NCBI GenBank assembly: GCA_031392925.1 | Contig: JANMVV010000158.1 | Location: 8,760-72,759 of the forward strand | Source of the DNA: Vicinamibacteria bacterium | GTDB lineage: Bacteria > Acidobacteriota > Vicinamibacteria > Fen-336 > JAGNNV01 | Direction: 5' to 3' | Length of the DNA stretch: 64,000 nucleotides | Shown: positions 1-8,106 of the stretch, in pieces | Layout of the letters: each line of letters starts with the position of its first letter | Numbering within the stretch: the first letter of the stretch is position 1 | Made by a program: the position numbers and the translations under genes | Notes under the pieces: generated by a model | Seen by the model: the letters and a program-made list of their open reading frames with translations, nothing else | Database searches by the model: none | What the model was told of the DNA's origin: nothing

Positions 1-1
1 G

Positions 2-124
2 AGTGCCATCGGCTACTACCAGGGCGGCCTCGAGACCATGAAGGCCCCGGGACCCATCCGGGTGCGCGAGACCCTGTGCACCTGCGCAGGGGATGAAGCC
101 TGCGTCTTCGATCTCAGCTGGTAG
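2..124 (+). CDS. 3' end of an upstream gene (partial; hypothetical protein ending ...CAGDEACVFDLSW*)
   Basis: An open frame with high GC3 enters the window and stops at TAG 122-124. It overlaps the annotated 93 start of the next ORF, which argues for the 162 start instead. Confidence 0.35.
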   Translation, partial: SAIGYYQGGLETMKAPGPIRVRETLCTCAGDEACVFDLSW

Positions 125-161
125 CCCCCCCGTTCTCTCTCGCTCAGGAGCCAAAACCCCC

Positions 162-3100
162 ATGCATCGCCGATTCCTCCCTTCTGCTGTCGTGGCCCTG
201 GGCCTCGCCACCGCGCCCTCGGCCTTCGCCCAGCCTTACGAGGCCGCGGCCTTCAACGCGCTTCAATACCGCGTCGTCGGACCCAATCGCGGCGGGCGTT
301 CGCTCTGCTCCACCGGGTCGGCTCAGCGGCCGCTCGAGTACTACTTCGGCGCAGTGGGCGGCGGTCTGTGGAAAACCACCGACGGCGGCCTCAACTGGAA
401 GCCGGTCACGGACGGCCAGATCAAGTCCTCCTCCGTGGGCTCGTGCGCGGTCGCGGAGTCCAATCCCGATGTCGTCTGGATCGGCATGGGCGAGACCCAG
501 TTCCGCGGGAACATCATGCAGGGCGACGGGCTATACAAGTCCGAGGACGCGGGCAAGACCTGGAGGCACTCCGGCCTCGGGCAGATACAGGCGTTCGCGC
601 GGGTGCGCGTTCATCCCACGAATTCCGACATCGTTTATGTGGCCGCGTTCGGCAGGCCCTACGCGGAGAGCGAGGACCGCGGCATCTACAAGACCACCGA
701 CGGCGGCAAGATCTGGAAGAAGGTCCTCTACAAGAGCCCGAGGGCCTCCGGCGTCGACATCTCCATCGACAAGAAGAACCCCAACGTGATCTTCGCCTCG
801 CTGTGGGAGGCGTGGCGAACCCCGTGGAGCATGAATTCAGGCGGCCCGGACAGCGGCCTCTACAAGTCCACCGACGCGGGCGAGACGTGGAGCGACATCA
901 CGCGGAATCCCGGACTGCCCGCCGGTGTCGTCGGCAAGATCGGCGTGTCGGTGTCGCCCGTCGATTCGAGCCGGGTCTTCGCCATGGTCGAGAACGAGAA
1001 CGGCGGCCTCTTCCGCTCCGATGACGCGGGTGGAACGTGGACGAAGATCAACGACGACCGCGCCCTTCGCCAGCGCGCCTTCTATTACACGCGCGTCTAC
1101 GCCGACACCCAGAACAAGGACCTCGTCTATGTCCTCAACGTGAACTTCCACAAGTCGGTGGACGGGGGCAAGACCTTCACCACCATCCGCCCGCCCCACG
1201 GCGACAACCACGACCTGTGGATCGCCCCGGGCGACAACAAACGCTTCATCGCAAGCAATGACGGCGGCGGCACCGTGACCACGAACGGCGGCGAGACCTT
1301 CACCGACCAGGACTACCCGACGGCGCAGCTCTATCACGTCATCACCACGAAGGACTTCAACTACCACGTCTGCGGAGCGCAGCAGGACAACACGACCCTG
1401 TGCGCGCCGTCGCGGCCCGATCCTCTGGCGCCGCCCCGCATGGGGCCGGGCGACCCGGGCAGCTGGTTCTACCAGGTGGGCGGGGGCGAAAGCGGTTACA
1501 TCGCTCCCTCCCCCACCAATCCCGACATCTTCTACGCGGGCAGCCAGGGCGCTCTGATCACGCGGTTCGATCGATCCACCGGCGCGCTTCGCGACGTCCA
1601 GATCTATCCGGAGTTCTTCTCCGGCATGCCCTCCAAGGACCTGAAGGAGCGCTGGCAGTGGACGTTTCCCATCGTCTTCGATCCTCTCGAACCGAACACG
1701 CTCTACGCGACGTCACAGCACCTCTGGAAGACCACGAACGAGGGCAAGACCTGGGAAATGATCAGCACCGACCTGACCCGCGCGGATCCGAAAACGCTCG
1801 GCGATTCCGGCGGCCCGATCACCCACGACATGAACGGCCCCGAGATCTACGCGACGATCTTTGCCGTCGCTCCCTCGCGCTTTGAGAAGGGCACGATCTG
1901 GACGGGGAGCGATGACGGGCTCGCCTTCATCACCCGCGACGGCGGCAGAAACTGGACGAACGTCACCCCCGCGGGGCTGCCCGAGTTCGCGCGCATCAGC
2001 ATCATCGAAGCCTCGCCGCACAAGGCCGGCACCGCGTACCTGTGCGCCAAGCGCTACCAGCTCGACGACCGGTCGCCCTACATCTACCGCACCGACGACT
2101 ACGGCAAGAGCTGGACGAAGATCGTGAACGGCATCGAGGCAGGCGCCTACGTGCACGCGGTGCGCGAGGATCCGAAGCGGGAAGGCCTGCTCTACGCGGG
2201 CACCGAGCACGGCGTGTACATCTCGTTCAACAACGGCGCCTCCTGGCAGCCGTTCAGCCAGAACCTGCCCGTTACCCAGATCTCCGACCTCGTGGTCGAA
2301 GAGAACGACCTCGTCATCGCCACCCACGGCCGGTCGATGTGGGTGATGGACGACATCGGCCCGGCGCGCCAGATGACCGCGCGGACCGCGGCCGCCTCCC
2401 TTCACGTCTTCACGCCGCGGGCCGCGGTCCGCGGCAACGGCCCGGTGCCCATCGACTTCATCCTGAAACAGCCGGCGGAGAGGGTGCAGGTCGAGATCCT
2501 CGATGGTAAGGGCGCGGTGGTCCGCTCCTTCATCGGAACACCCGAGGACGACAAGAAGAAGGCCGGCGACGGCGGCGATGATTTCTTCGGGCCACCCTCG
2601 GTCAAACCTCCCACGCGCAAGGCCGGGCTCAACCGATTCACCTGGGACCTCCGCTACCCCGGGCCGGAGACGTTCGAAGGAATGATCCTGTGGAGCGCGT
2701 CCTCCGCCGGGCCGCTGGCCATGCCCGGGATGTACTCGGCCAAAGTCACGGTGGGCCCCGAGACCGAGACCGTGCCGTTCGAAGTGAAGATCGATCCGCG
2801 GCTCAAGAACACCACGGTGGCCGACCTGCAGGAGCAGTTCGACCTGGCCATGCAGGTGCGCAACGCGACCTCCGCCGCGCACAGCACGGTCGCGAAGATC
2901 CGCGGGATCCGCAAGGACATCATGGACCGTGACGCCAAAGCGAAGAACAAGGCGTTCTCCGCCGACGCGGCGGTGGTGCTCGCGAAGCTCTCCACGGTGG
3001 AGGAGGATTTGTATCAGGTGAGGAACCGCACGGGCCAGGACCCCCTCAACTTCCCCATCAAGCTCGGCAACAAGCTCGGCGCGCTGCTGCGCGTGGTCTC

Positions 3101-3290
3101 GTCCGGCGACGGCAGGCCGAACGCCAGTTCGTACGACGTCTACAAGCTCCAGAAGAGTCAGCTCGACGCGATCATGGCGAAGTACGACGCGGTGATCACC
3201 GTCGATCTCCCCAGGATCAACAAGCGGCTCGAGGGCCACAAACTCGAACCCATCACGGTCAGCGGCGTGAAGCCGCCGGGCGTGCGGTAG
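162..3290 (+). CDS. Secreted BNR/Asp-box repeat beta-propeller protein (sortilin/Vps10- or GH74-like)
   Basis: It carries at least 10 S-x-D-x-G-x-T-W Asp-box motifs (TTDGGLNW, SEDAGKTW, TTDGGKIW, STDAGETW, SDDAGGTW, SVDGGKTF, TTNEGKTW, TRDGGRNW, TDDYGKSW). Met24 of the track ORF (MHRRFLPSAVVALGLATAPSAFA) is a signal peptide preceded by the AGGAG-like site caggag. Confidence 0.8.
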   Translation: MHRRFLPSAVVALGLATAPSAFAQPYEAAAFNALQYRVVGPNRGGRSLCSTGSAQRPLEYYFGAVGGGLWKTTDGGLNWKPVTDGQIKSSSVGSCAVAESNPDVVWIGMGETQFRGNIMQGDGLYKSEDAGKTWRHSGLGQIQAFARVRVHPTNSDIVYVAAFGRPYAESEDRGIYKTTDGGKIWKKVLYKSPRASGVDISIDKKNPNVIFASLWEAWRTPWSMNSGGPDSGLYKSTDAGETWSDITRNPGLPAGVVGKIGVSVSPVDSSRVFAMVENENGGLFRSDDAGGTWTKINDDRALRQRAFYYTRVYADTQNKDLVYVLNVNFHKSVDGGKTFTTIRPPHGDNHDLWIAPGDNKRFIASNDGGGTVTTNGGETFTDQDYPTAQLYHVITTKDFNYHVCGAQQDNTTLCAPSRPDPLAPPRMGPGDPGSWFYQVGGGESGYIAPSPTNPDIFYAGSQGALITRFDRSTGALRDVQIYPEFFSGMPSKDLKERWQWTFPIVFDPLEPNTLYATSQHLWKTTNEGKTWEMISTDLTRADPKTLGDSGGPITHDMNGPEIYATIFAVAPSRFEKGTIWTGSDDGLAFITRDGGRNWTNVTPAGLPEFARISIIEASPHKAGTAYLCAKRYQLDDRSPYIYRTDDYGKSWTKIVNGIEAGAYVHAVREDPKREGLLYAGTEHGVYISFNNGASWQPFSQNLPVTQISDLVVEENDLVIATHGRSMWVMDDIGPARQMTARTAAASLHVFTPRAAVRGNGPVPIDFILKQPAERVQVEILDGKGAVVRSFIGTPEDDKKKAGDGGDDFFGPPSVKPPTRKAGLNRFTWDLRYPGPETFEGMILWSASSAGPLAMPGMYSAKVTVGPETETVPFEVKIDPRLKNTTVADLQEQFDLAMQVRNATSAAHSTVAKIRGIRKDIMDRDAKAKNKAFSADAAVVLAKLSTVEEDLYQVRNRTGQDPLNFPIKLGNKLGALLRVVSSGDGRPNASSYDVYKLQKSQLDAIMAKYDAVITVDLPRINKRLEGHKLEPITVSGVKPPGVR

Positions 3291-3299
3291 AACCCTACG

Positions 3300-4793
3300 G
3301 TGAAGCTGAGCCTCGCGCCATCGCCGTCCTCCCGGGCCCCGCGGCTCCTGTGGGCGCTGGCCCTGATCGTCCTTCCCGTCCTCGCGCAATCTCCAGGGCT
3401 CGCGACACTGCCGAAGAAGCGGCCCAACATCGTGGTGGTGCTGCTCGACGATGCCGACGTCGAGATCACCGAGTCCATGCCGCGACTCCGCTCGATGTTC
3501 ATCGAGAAGGGCGTGCGCTTCACTTCGAATATCGCGAACACGCCCCTGTGCGGGCCCGCGCGGGCGGTCCTCCTGAGCGGCCAGTACGCCCACAACAACA
3601 AGGTGTACTACAACAACGGCGCGGAGGGCGGCTACCGCCCGTGGGCGAAGGGCGGCTACGACGAGAACAATCTCGCCACGAGGCTTCAGTCCCAGGGCTA
3701 TCGCACCGGCCTCTTCGGCAAGTACGTCAACGACTTTCCGCTGGGGCGGCCGGAGACCTTCGTGCCGAAGGGCTGGGACGATTTTCGAGCCGTGCTTTCG
3801 GACCGCGAGGCTCACAACAATCGGTTCACCCTCAATGAGAACGGGACGCTCAAGGTCTACGACGCCGGATCCGGCGGCTATCAGACCGATCTCTTGAGCC
3901 AGCGTCTCGGCTCGTTCCTCCGCGACCCCAAGAAGGGCGACACGCGCCCCTTTTTCGCCCTCCTTGCGGTGAGCGCGCCCCATATTCCTCCCGAGCCGGC
4001 GGAGCGCCATCTCGCCGCTTTCCCCGGCGAGAAGGCGCCGCGCAAGCCCTCCTTCGACGAGGCGGACCTGAGCGACAAACCGAAGGCCCTGCGCGAACAG
4101 GCGACGCCGATCACGAGGCAGCAGGCGGAGGAGATCGACGCGACCTACCGGTCGATGAAGCAGTCGCTCCTCTCGGTGGAAGACGCGGTCGAAGCGCTGT
4201 TCAAGACGCTCAACGATACCGGCGAAATCTCGCGCACTTATGTCTTCCTCACCTCCGACAACGGCTGGATGCGGGGCGAGCATCGGATCCCCGCGGAGAA
4301 ATACGCGCCCTACGAGGAATCGGTCCGGGTTCCACTGATGGCGCGCGGCCCGGGCGTGGCGGAAGGCCTGACCCTCGATCAGGTGGTCGGGCTGGTCGAC
4401 CTCGATCCGACCCTGCTCGACCTCGCGGGCGGCGCTTCCGCGAACGCGGCTGCCCGTGATGGCCGATCCCTCATGCCTCTCCTTCTTCTGAAGAAGGGCG
4501 AAAAGGTCTCCTGGCGCGAGTCGATGCTGATCGAGCACTTCGGCGGCGGCGCACCCTTTCGAGTGCGCGGATACTTCGGCCTGCGATCGAAGGAGGCTAC
4601 GTATGTCGAGTACGCGACGGGCGAGAAGGAGTACTACGACCTGGTCAAGGATCCCTTCCAGATGGAGAACACCGCCTCGCGACTCGATGGCCCGGCTCTC
4701 GCAGCCCTTCACGCGCGGGTCATGGCCCTCCAGGACTGCAGGGGCGCCGCCTGCCGGGCCGCCGAGGGAACCGCGACCCTTGCTGCTCGCTAG
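3300..4793 (+). CDS. Sulfatase family protein (arylsulfatase-like), secreted
   Basis: It has an N-terminal signal peptide and a C-x-P-x-R motif (PLCGPARAVLLSGQY) in a sulfatase/alkaline-phosphatase-like N-domain (VVVLLDDAD). It starts with GTG at 3300. Confidence 0.7.
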   Translation: MKLSLAPSPSSRAPRLLWALALIVLPVLAQSPGLATLPKKRPNIVVVLLDDADVEITESMPRLRSMFIEKGVRFTSNIANTPLCGPARAVLLSGQYAHNNKVYYNNGAEGGYRPWAKGGYDENNLATRLQSQGYRTGLFGKYVNDFPLGRPETFVPKGWDDFRAVLSDREAHNNRFTLNENGTLKVYDAGSGGYQTDLLSQRLGSFLRDPKKGDTRPFFALLAVSAPHIPPEPAERHLAAFPGEKAPRKPSFDEADLSDKPKALREQATPITRQQAEEIDATYRSMKQSLLSVEDAVEALFKTLNDTGEISRTYVFLTSDNGWMRGEHRIPAEKYAPYEESVRVPLMARGPGVAEGLTLDQVVGLVDLDPTLLDLAGGASANAAARDGRSLMPLLLLKKGEKVSWRESMLIEHFGGGAPFRVRGYFGLRSKEATYVEYATGEKEYYDLVKDPFQMENTASRLDGPALAALHARVMALQDCRGAACRAAEGTATLAAR

Positions 4794-4978
4794 TGTTCTG
4801 TCTCGTAAGTTCGCGACACATGGGACCGCCGATGCATCCCCGCGCGCTGCGTTGCTCGTCCCCCCGAGGGGAGGCTTCGCGCTCGTTGCCTATGCTGGAT
4901 ATGCAGCCTCCTCGGCGCCTTGCGACCGGGGCGCCTCGACGGTCGCATGTATCGCGGACTTACGAGACAGAACACTAG
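4790..4978. mobile_element. MITE-like nonautonomous element (IS630/Tc1-like features: TA target-site duplication (TSD), ~37-bp imperfect terminal inverted repeats (TIRs), no ORF)
   Basis: There is a perfect 20-bp TIR, CTAGTGTTCTGTCTCGTAAG...CTTACGAGACAGAACACTAG, that extends to ~39 bp with 3 mismatches. The core element 4793-4976 is flanked by TA on each side inside a CTAG. The two mirror ORFs of the track (4790..4975 and 4793..4978) are an artefact of this palindromy. Confidence 0.45.
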
Positions 4979-5544
4979 AAGCGTGCCGGGGTGCAGCTCA
5001 CCTGATAGCCCGGAGGGTTGAAGGCAGTCCCGAACTGGGTGAAGATGTCGTACTGCTCGCTCCAGGCGTTTGAGGTCTTGATGGCGATCTCGTCATGGGG
5101 GCCGCCGGTCTTGGCGCACACCCCCTTGTTGTCGCGCTCCACGATCCTGGCGACGCCCGCTGAATAGGCAGGCTCGTCGAGAACGAGGTTCCCCGGCCCG
5201 AACAGACTGGGTTGCTCCTCCTTCAGTCTATAGATCGCCTCGGAGATCATGGTTCTGAACTGCTCCGTGTTGTCCTGAACCACCGTGCAGCAGCCCCAGA
5301 CTCCGGGAGGATTGCCGGGCGGCTGCCCCTTGTCGCCCGGCTGCCCACACTCGGGCATGACCGGCAGGCCACAGGCGACGCCCTGGCCAAGGACCACTGG
5401 AGTGGGGGTGGGCGCGGGAGTCGGCGTCGGCGTAGCCACGACGACGACGGGAGTGGTCGTCGCCGCTACGGGCATCTGCCCCTCACCGCAGGCGAAAGAG
5501 AAGGCGGCAAAAGTGGCGAGCAGGGCAGGGGCTGGATTTCGCAT
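4975..5544 (-). CDS. Secreted/lipoprotein with Pro/Thr-rich linker and Cys-rich C-terminal domain (paralog A)
   Basis: It starts at MRNPAPALLATFAAFSFACGEG (a signal peptide, with the RBS-like aaagga 8 nt upstream). It has a (T/P) linker TTTPVVVVATPTPTPAPTPTP and a C..P..C...CC ...C.PARF domain homologous to the 15610..16143 protein. Confidence 0.7.
   Translation of the reverse strand: MRNPAPALLATFAAFSFACGEGQMPVAATTTPVVVVATPTPTPAPTPTPVVLGQGVACGLPVMPECGQPGDKGQPPGNPPGVWGCCTVVQDNTEQFRTMISEAIYRLKEEQPSLFGPGNLVLDEPAYSAGVARIVERDNKGVCAKTGGPHDEIAIKTSNAWSEQYDIFTQFGTAFNPPGYQVSCTPARF
5392..5460. repeat. Simple coding repeat encoding the (Pro-Thr/Ala) linker
   Basis: A GTCGGCGTCGGCGT-type short-period repeat lies on the plus strand and encodes the PTPTPAPTPTP linker. 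Confidence 0.6.
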
Positions 5545-5885
5545 TGAATCGTTCCTTTGGGGTGTCTTTAGAGGGCGGCGGATTCTAGCAAGGAGACCCA
5601 TGGCTAAACATATGTAAAGCTTCACTTAACGGACCCAAGGCGGGTCAGGGTCCGTCAGGACAGTCGGCAACCCCGGCTAGCGGTGCGGCGGGGCGGCGGT
5701 GGCTGGCGCGGCGGCCCGCTGGGTCCTGCGCCCCACGAGAATCCCCAGGGTCGTGAACGAAATGGCGATGATGATCCCCGCCAGGATTCCGAGGAGCGTT
5801 CGACTGAATCGAATCACCCCGCAACCTTACACCCACTGTTCATTGAGACTGAACATGCGCGCAGTCCGAATGCACGGGGACGCGC

Positions 5886-6878
5886 TTACCGCCCCTTCGT
5901 GATCGCCTCGAACCAGGTCTCAGCCATCAAGGCATAGCCCGCGGCCGAGGGGTGAATGTAATCGGCGAAGAGCTCGGACCATGCGAGGGGGGAGCGCTCG
6001 AACGCCGCGTACAGGTCGACCAGCGCCACGCCCTCTTCGGTCGCCATCTGCCGAATCGCCTCGTTCTGCGCCACGATCCAGCTGTTTCGCTGTGGTGAGG
6101 CCCTGAAGTCGTCCCCCAGATTGGTCATCAGCAGGGTGCCCACGAAAGCGAATCCTCCCGCCGCTTTCACCTTCTGAACCATCGAGCGCAGATTCGAGAT
6201 GGTGAAGCAGGGGGGCCGGCCGCAGAGGGGATCCGACCAGTCGTTCGTGCCGTAGAGAATGAGGGTGAACGCAGGACGGCCCGAGGCGAGGGAGGCGGCG
6301 ATCCGCGAGTCGCCGCGCTCCGAGCTCGAGGAGTCGATACCGTCGTTGATCACCTTCGCTAAGCCGAAGTGCGCGCTCAGCATTCTCTCGAGCTGACCGG
6401 TGTAGCCCTGACCATCGCCGGTGGCGGCCTGGCCGTCGGTGATGCTGTCTCCGAACGCGAGGTACACCCCGGCCGTCGCACCCGGACCGAGGGGAAGCGC
6501 GATCGGCACATTGAGATTGCCGGCGAGGGGTGGCGCCACCACCGAGCTCTCCGGGCCACGGTAGTATGGGGGAAGGGACGACGGATCGACGGAGAGGGCC
6601 TGGGCGGTCGGAAGAACATTGAGCGCCACTTCGCCGGTGAGAGGCGCGCCCTTTCCTGATGTGGAGCCAAACGACATCAGGGCGCCGGGAACCCGGATGC
6701 GCTCCGAGGCTTCGAGGAGGCCGTTCCGGTTCTCATCAAGGAACGCGGCGAAAGTGACAAGTCGGCTGGCCGCCGTGGGAGGCACCGCCCCTGCGGATCC
6801 TCCCCCACATCCGTAGGAAAGGAGGAGGGCGGCGGACATCGGGATACAGATCCTCATCGGACAGGACGGGCGAGTCAT
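5886..6878 (-). CDS. SGNH/GDSL hydrolase lipoprotein (putative O-acetyl esterase/transferase partner of AT3)
   Basis: It has GDSL blocks I (AFGDSITDG), III (GTND) and V (DYIHP). There is a lipobox-like site LLSYGCGG. Its start ATG overlaps the AT3 stop as ATGA; an alternative start is 6857. Confidence 0.75.
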   Translation of the reverse strand: MTRPSCPMRICIPMSAALLLSYGCGGGSAGAVPPTAASRLVTFAAFLDENRNGLLEASERIRVPGALMSFGSTSGKGAPLTGEVALNVLPTAQALSVDPSSLPPYYRGPESSVVAPPLAGNLNVPIALPLGPGATAGVYLAFGDSITDGQAATGDGQGYTGQLERMLSAHFGLAKVINDGIDSSSSERGDSRIAASLASGRPAFTLILYGTNDWSDPLCGRPPCFTISNLRSMVQKVKAAGGFAFVGTLLMTNLGDDFRASPQRNSWIVAQNEAIRQMATEEGVALVDLYAAFERSPLAWSELFADYIHPSAAGYALMAETWFEAITKGR

Positions 6879-8038
6879 GGCCGATCGCCGACGGGCTTTG
6901 GAGGAAAGGGAAAGCGGCGCTTCTGTCGGTTGATAGGCGATTCGATGACATACCAGGAGATCGTCGCGAGGACAACGGAGATCGCGGTGTAGGCGAGGAA
7001 CATCTCGAGCCCTCGCTCCATCTCCGACCACTCATAGCCCCGCGCCACCACGCGTCCGATGGGAATCAGGAACAGGTGGTAGAGGTAGATCCCATAGCTG
7101 ATGCGTCCCATGTAGCGCACGGGCCGCAGTTCGAGGGACCTCCGAACCAGGGAGCTGCTGGTCGTGGTGGCGAGGTACACCAGGGACACCGACATGAGGG
7201 CGATCCCGAGGTCGCCTGGAATCCGGTACGGCAAGAGGTCGGTGGCGGGAAGACCAACCTGGTACCTGAATCCTTGAGCGAAGAAGAACAAAGGAGCGCC
7301 GAGGAGCGCGGCCCAGAACGACAGTCGCTCGGCGGAGTTGCCCCCTGCCTGGTCGCGACGCGAGCAAATCGCGAGCAGCGCCCCAAGCCCCAGGGCGTCC
7401 ATGCAACCCTGCAGGACGAGGTGCGTCTCCTCGAAGCTTCGGCCCTGCAGCACTCCGACCGCCTCGTATGCGAAGCTGAACACCACGAGGCCGATCGCGA
7501 TGAGGACGAGGCGTCGGGCAGAGGCGAAGAGAACGACGATGGGCCACAACAGATAGAACTGCTCTTCCACGCAGAGCGACCAGAGATGGGTCGCCTGGGA
7601 GAGCGGTTGGTGAAAATAGGTGAGGGCGATGTTGCCGGTGTAGGTCAGATGCCAGGGGAGCAGGTTCGCGATCGGGCCATAGCCGACTCCCCAGCCCACC
7701 AGGACGACCAGGTAGTAGATGGGCGCGATGCGAAGGGCCCTCCGAGCCACGAAAGCCCGGAAGACCTGTCCGCGCGTCACCCACCCGCTCGCCACCACAT
7801 CCCTTCCCCGGAGCAGGAGACCGGTGATGAGGAACCCCGAGAGGACGAAGAAGAGCATCACTCCGAAGCGGCCCCAGTGGAACGCCCGCTGAATCGCGGA
7901 GCGGTCGGGGAAGAAGTGGGAAATGAGGACGGCCAGAGTCGCCAGCGCCCTCAACCCGTCGAGAGCGGGATAGAACCGCTCTCCCGCGCCGGGGTCCCGG
8001 GCGGGAACGGGAGAGGCGGGGCTTTGATCGGGAGTCAA
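6875..8038 (-). CDS. Acyltransferase family 3 (OafA/OatA-like membrane O-acyltransferase)
   Basis: It is a polytopic membrane protein with the AT3 pattern (ALDGLRALATLAVLISHFF ... multiple TM helices). It uses a TTG start at 8038. Confidence 0.8.
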   Translation of the reverse strand: MTPDQSPASPVPARDPGAGERFYPALDGLRALATLAVLISHFFPDRSAIQRAFHWGRFGVMLFFVLSGFLITGLLLRGRDVVASGWVTRGQVFRAFVARRALRIAPIYYLVVLVGWGVGYGPIANLLPWHLTYTGNIALTYFHQPLSQATHLWSLCVEEQFYLLWPIVVLFASARRLVLIAIGLVVFSFAYEAVGVLQGRSFEETHLVLQGCMDALGLGALLAICSRRDQAGGNSAERLSFWAALLGAPLFFFAQGFRYQVGLPATDLLPYRIPGDLGIALMSVSLVYLATTTSSSLVRRSLELRPVRYMGRISYGIYLYHLFLIPIGRVVARGYEWSEMERGLEMFLAYTAISVVLATISWYVIESPINRQKRRFPFPPKPVGDRP

Positions 8039-8043
8039 ACCGG

Positions 8044-8064
8044 GTGTTCAGCATAGCTGAACAC
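8044..8064. promoter_or_regulatory. Perfect palindrome GTGTTCAGC-ATA-GCTGAACAC in the divergent promoter region (candidate operator)
   Basis: There are 9-bp perfect inverted arms with a 3-bp spacer. They lie between the AT3 start (8038, leftward) and the likely flippase-like start (8107, rightward). Confidence 0.4.
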
Positions 8065-8106
8065 CGTCCGGGAGAAGCGGACGGGGCGTCAAGGACTACT
8101 GAACAA

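Noticed and set aside
1713-4712. 999-aa ORF on the minus strand spanning the BNR-repeat and sulfatase genes
   Set aside because: It is antisense to two well-supported genes with recognisable motifs. Its translation is Arg/Gly/Asp-rich low-complexity sequence, typical of spurious long ORFs in high-GC DNA.
4790-4978. Mirror-image 61-aa ORFs 4790..4975(-) and 4793..4978(+)
   Set aside because: They are an artefact of the long terminal inverted repeats of the MITE-like element. Both give the same peptide because the DNA is palindromic, and they are non-coding.
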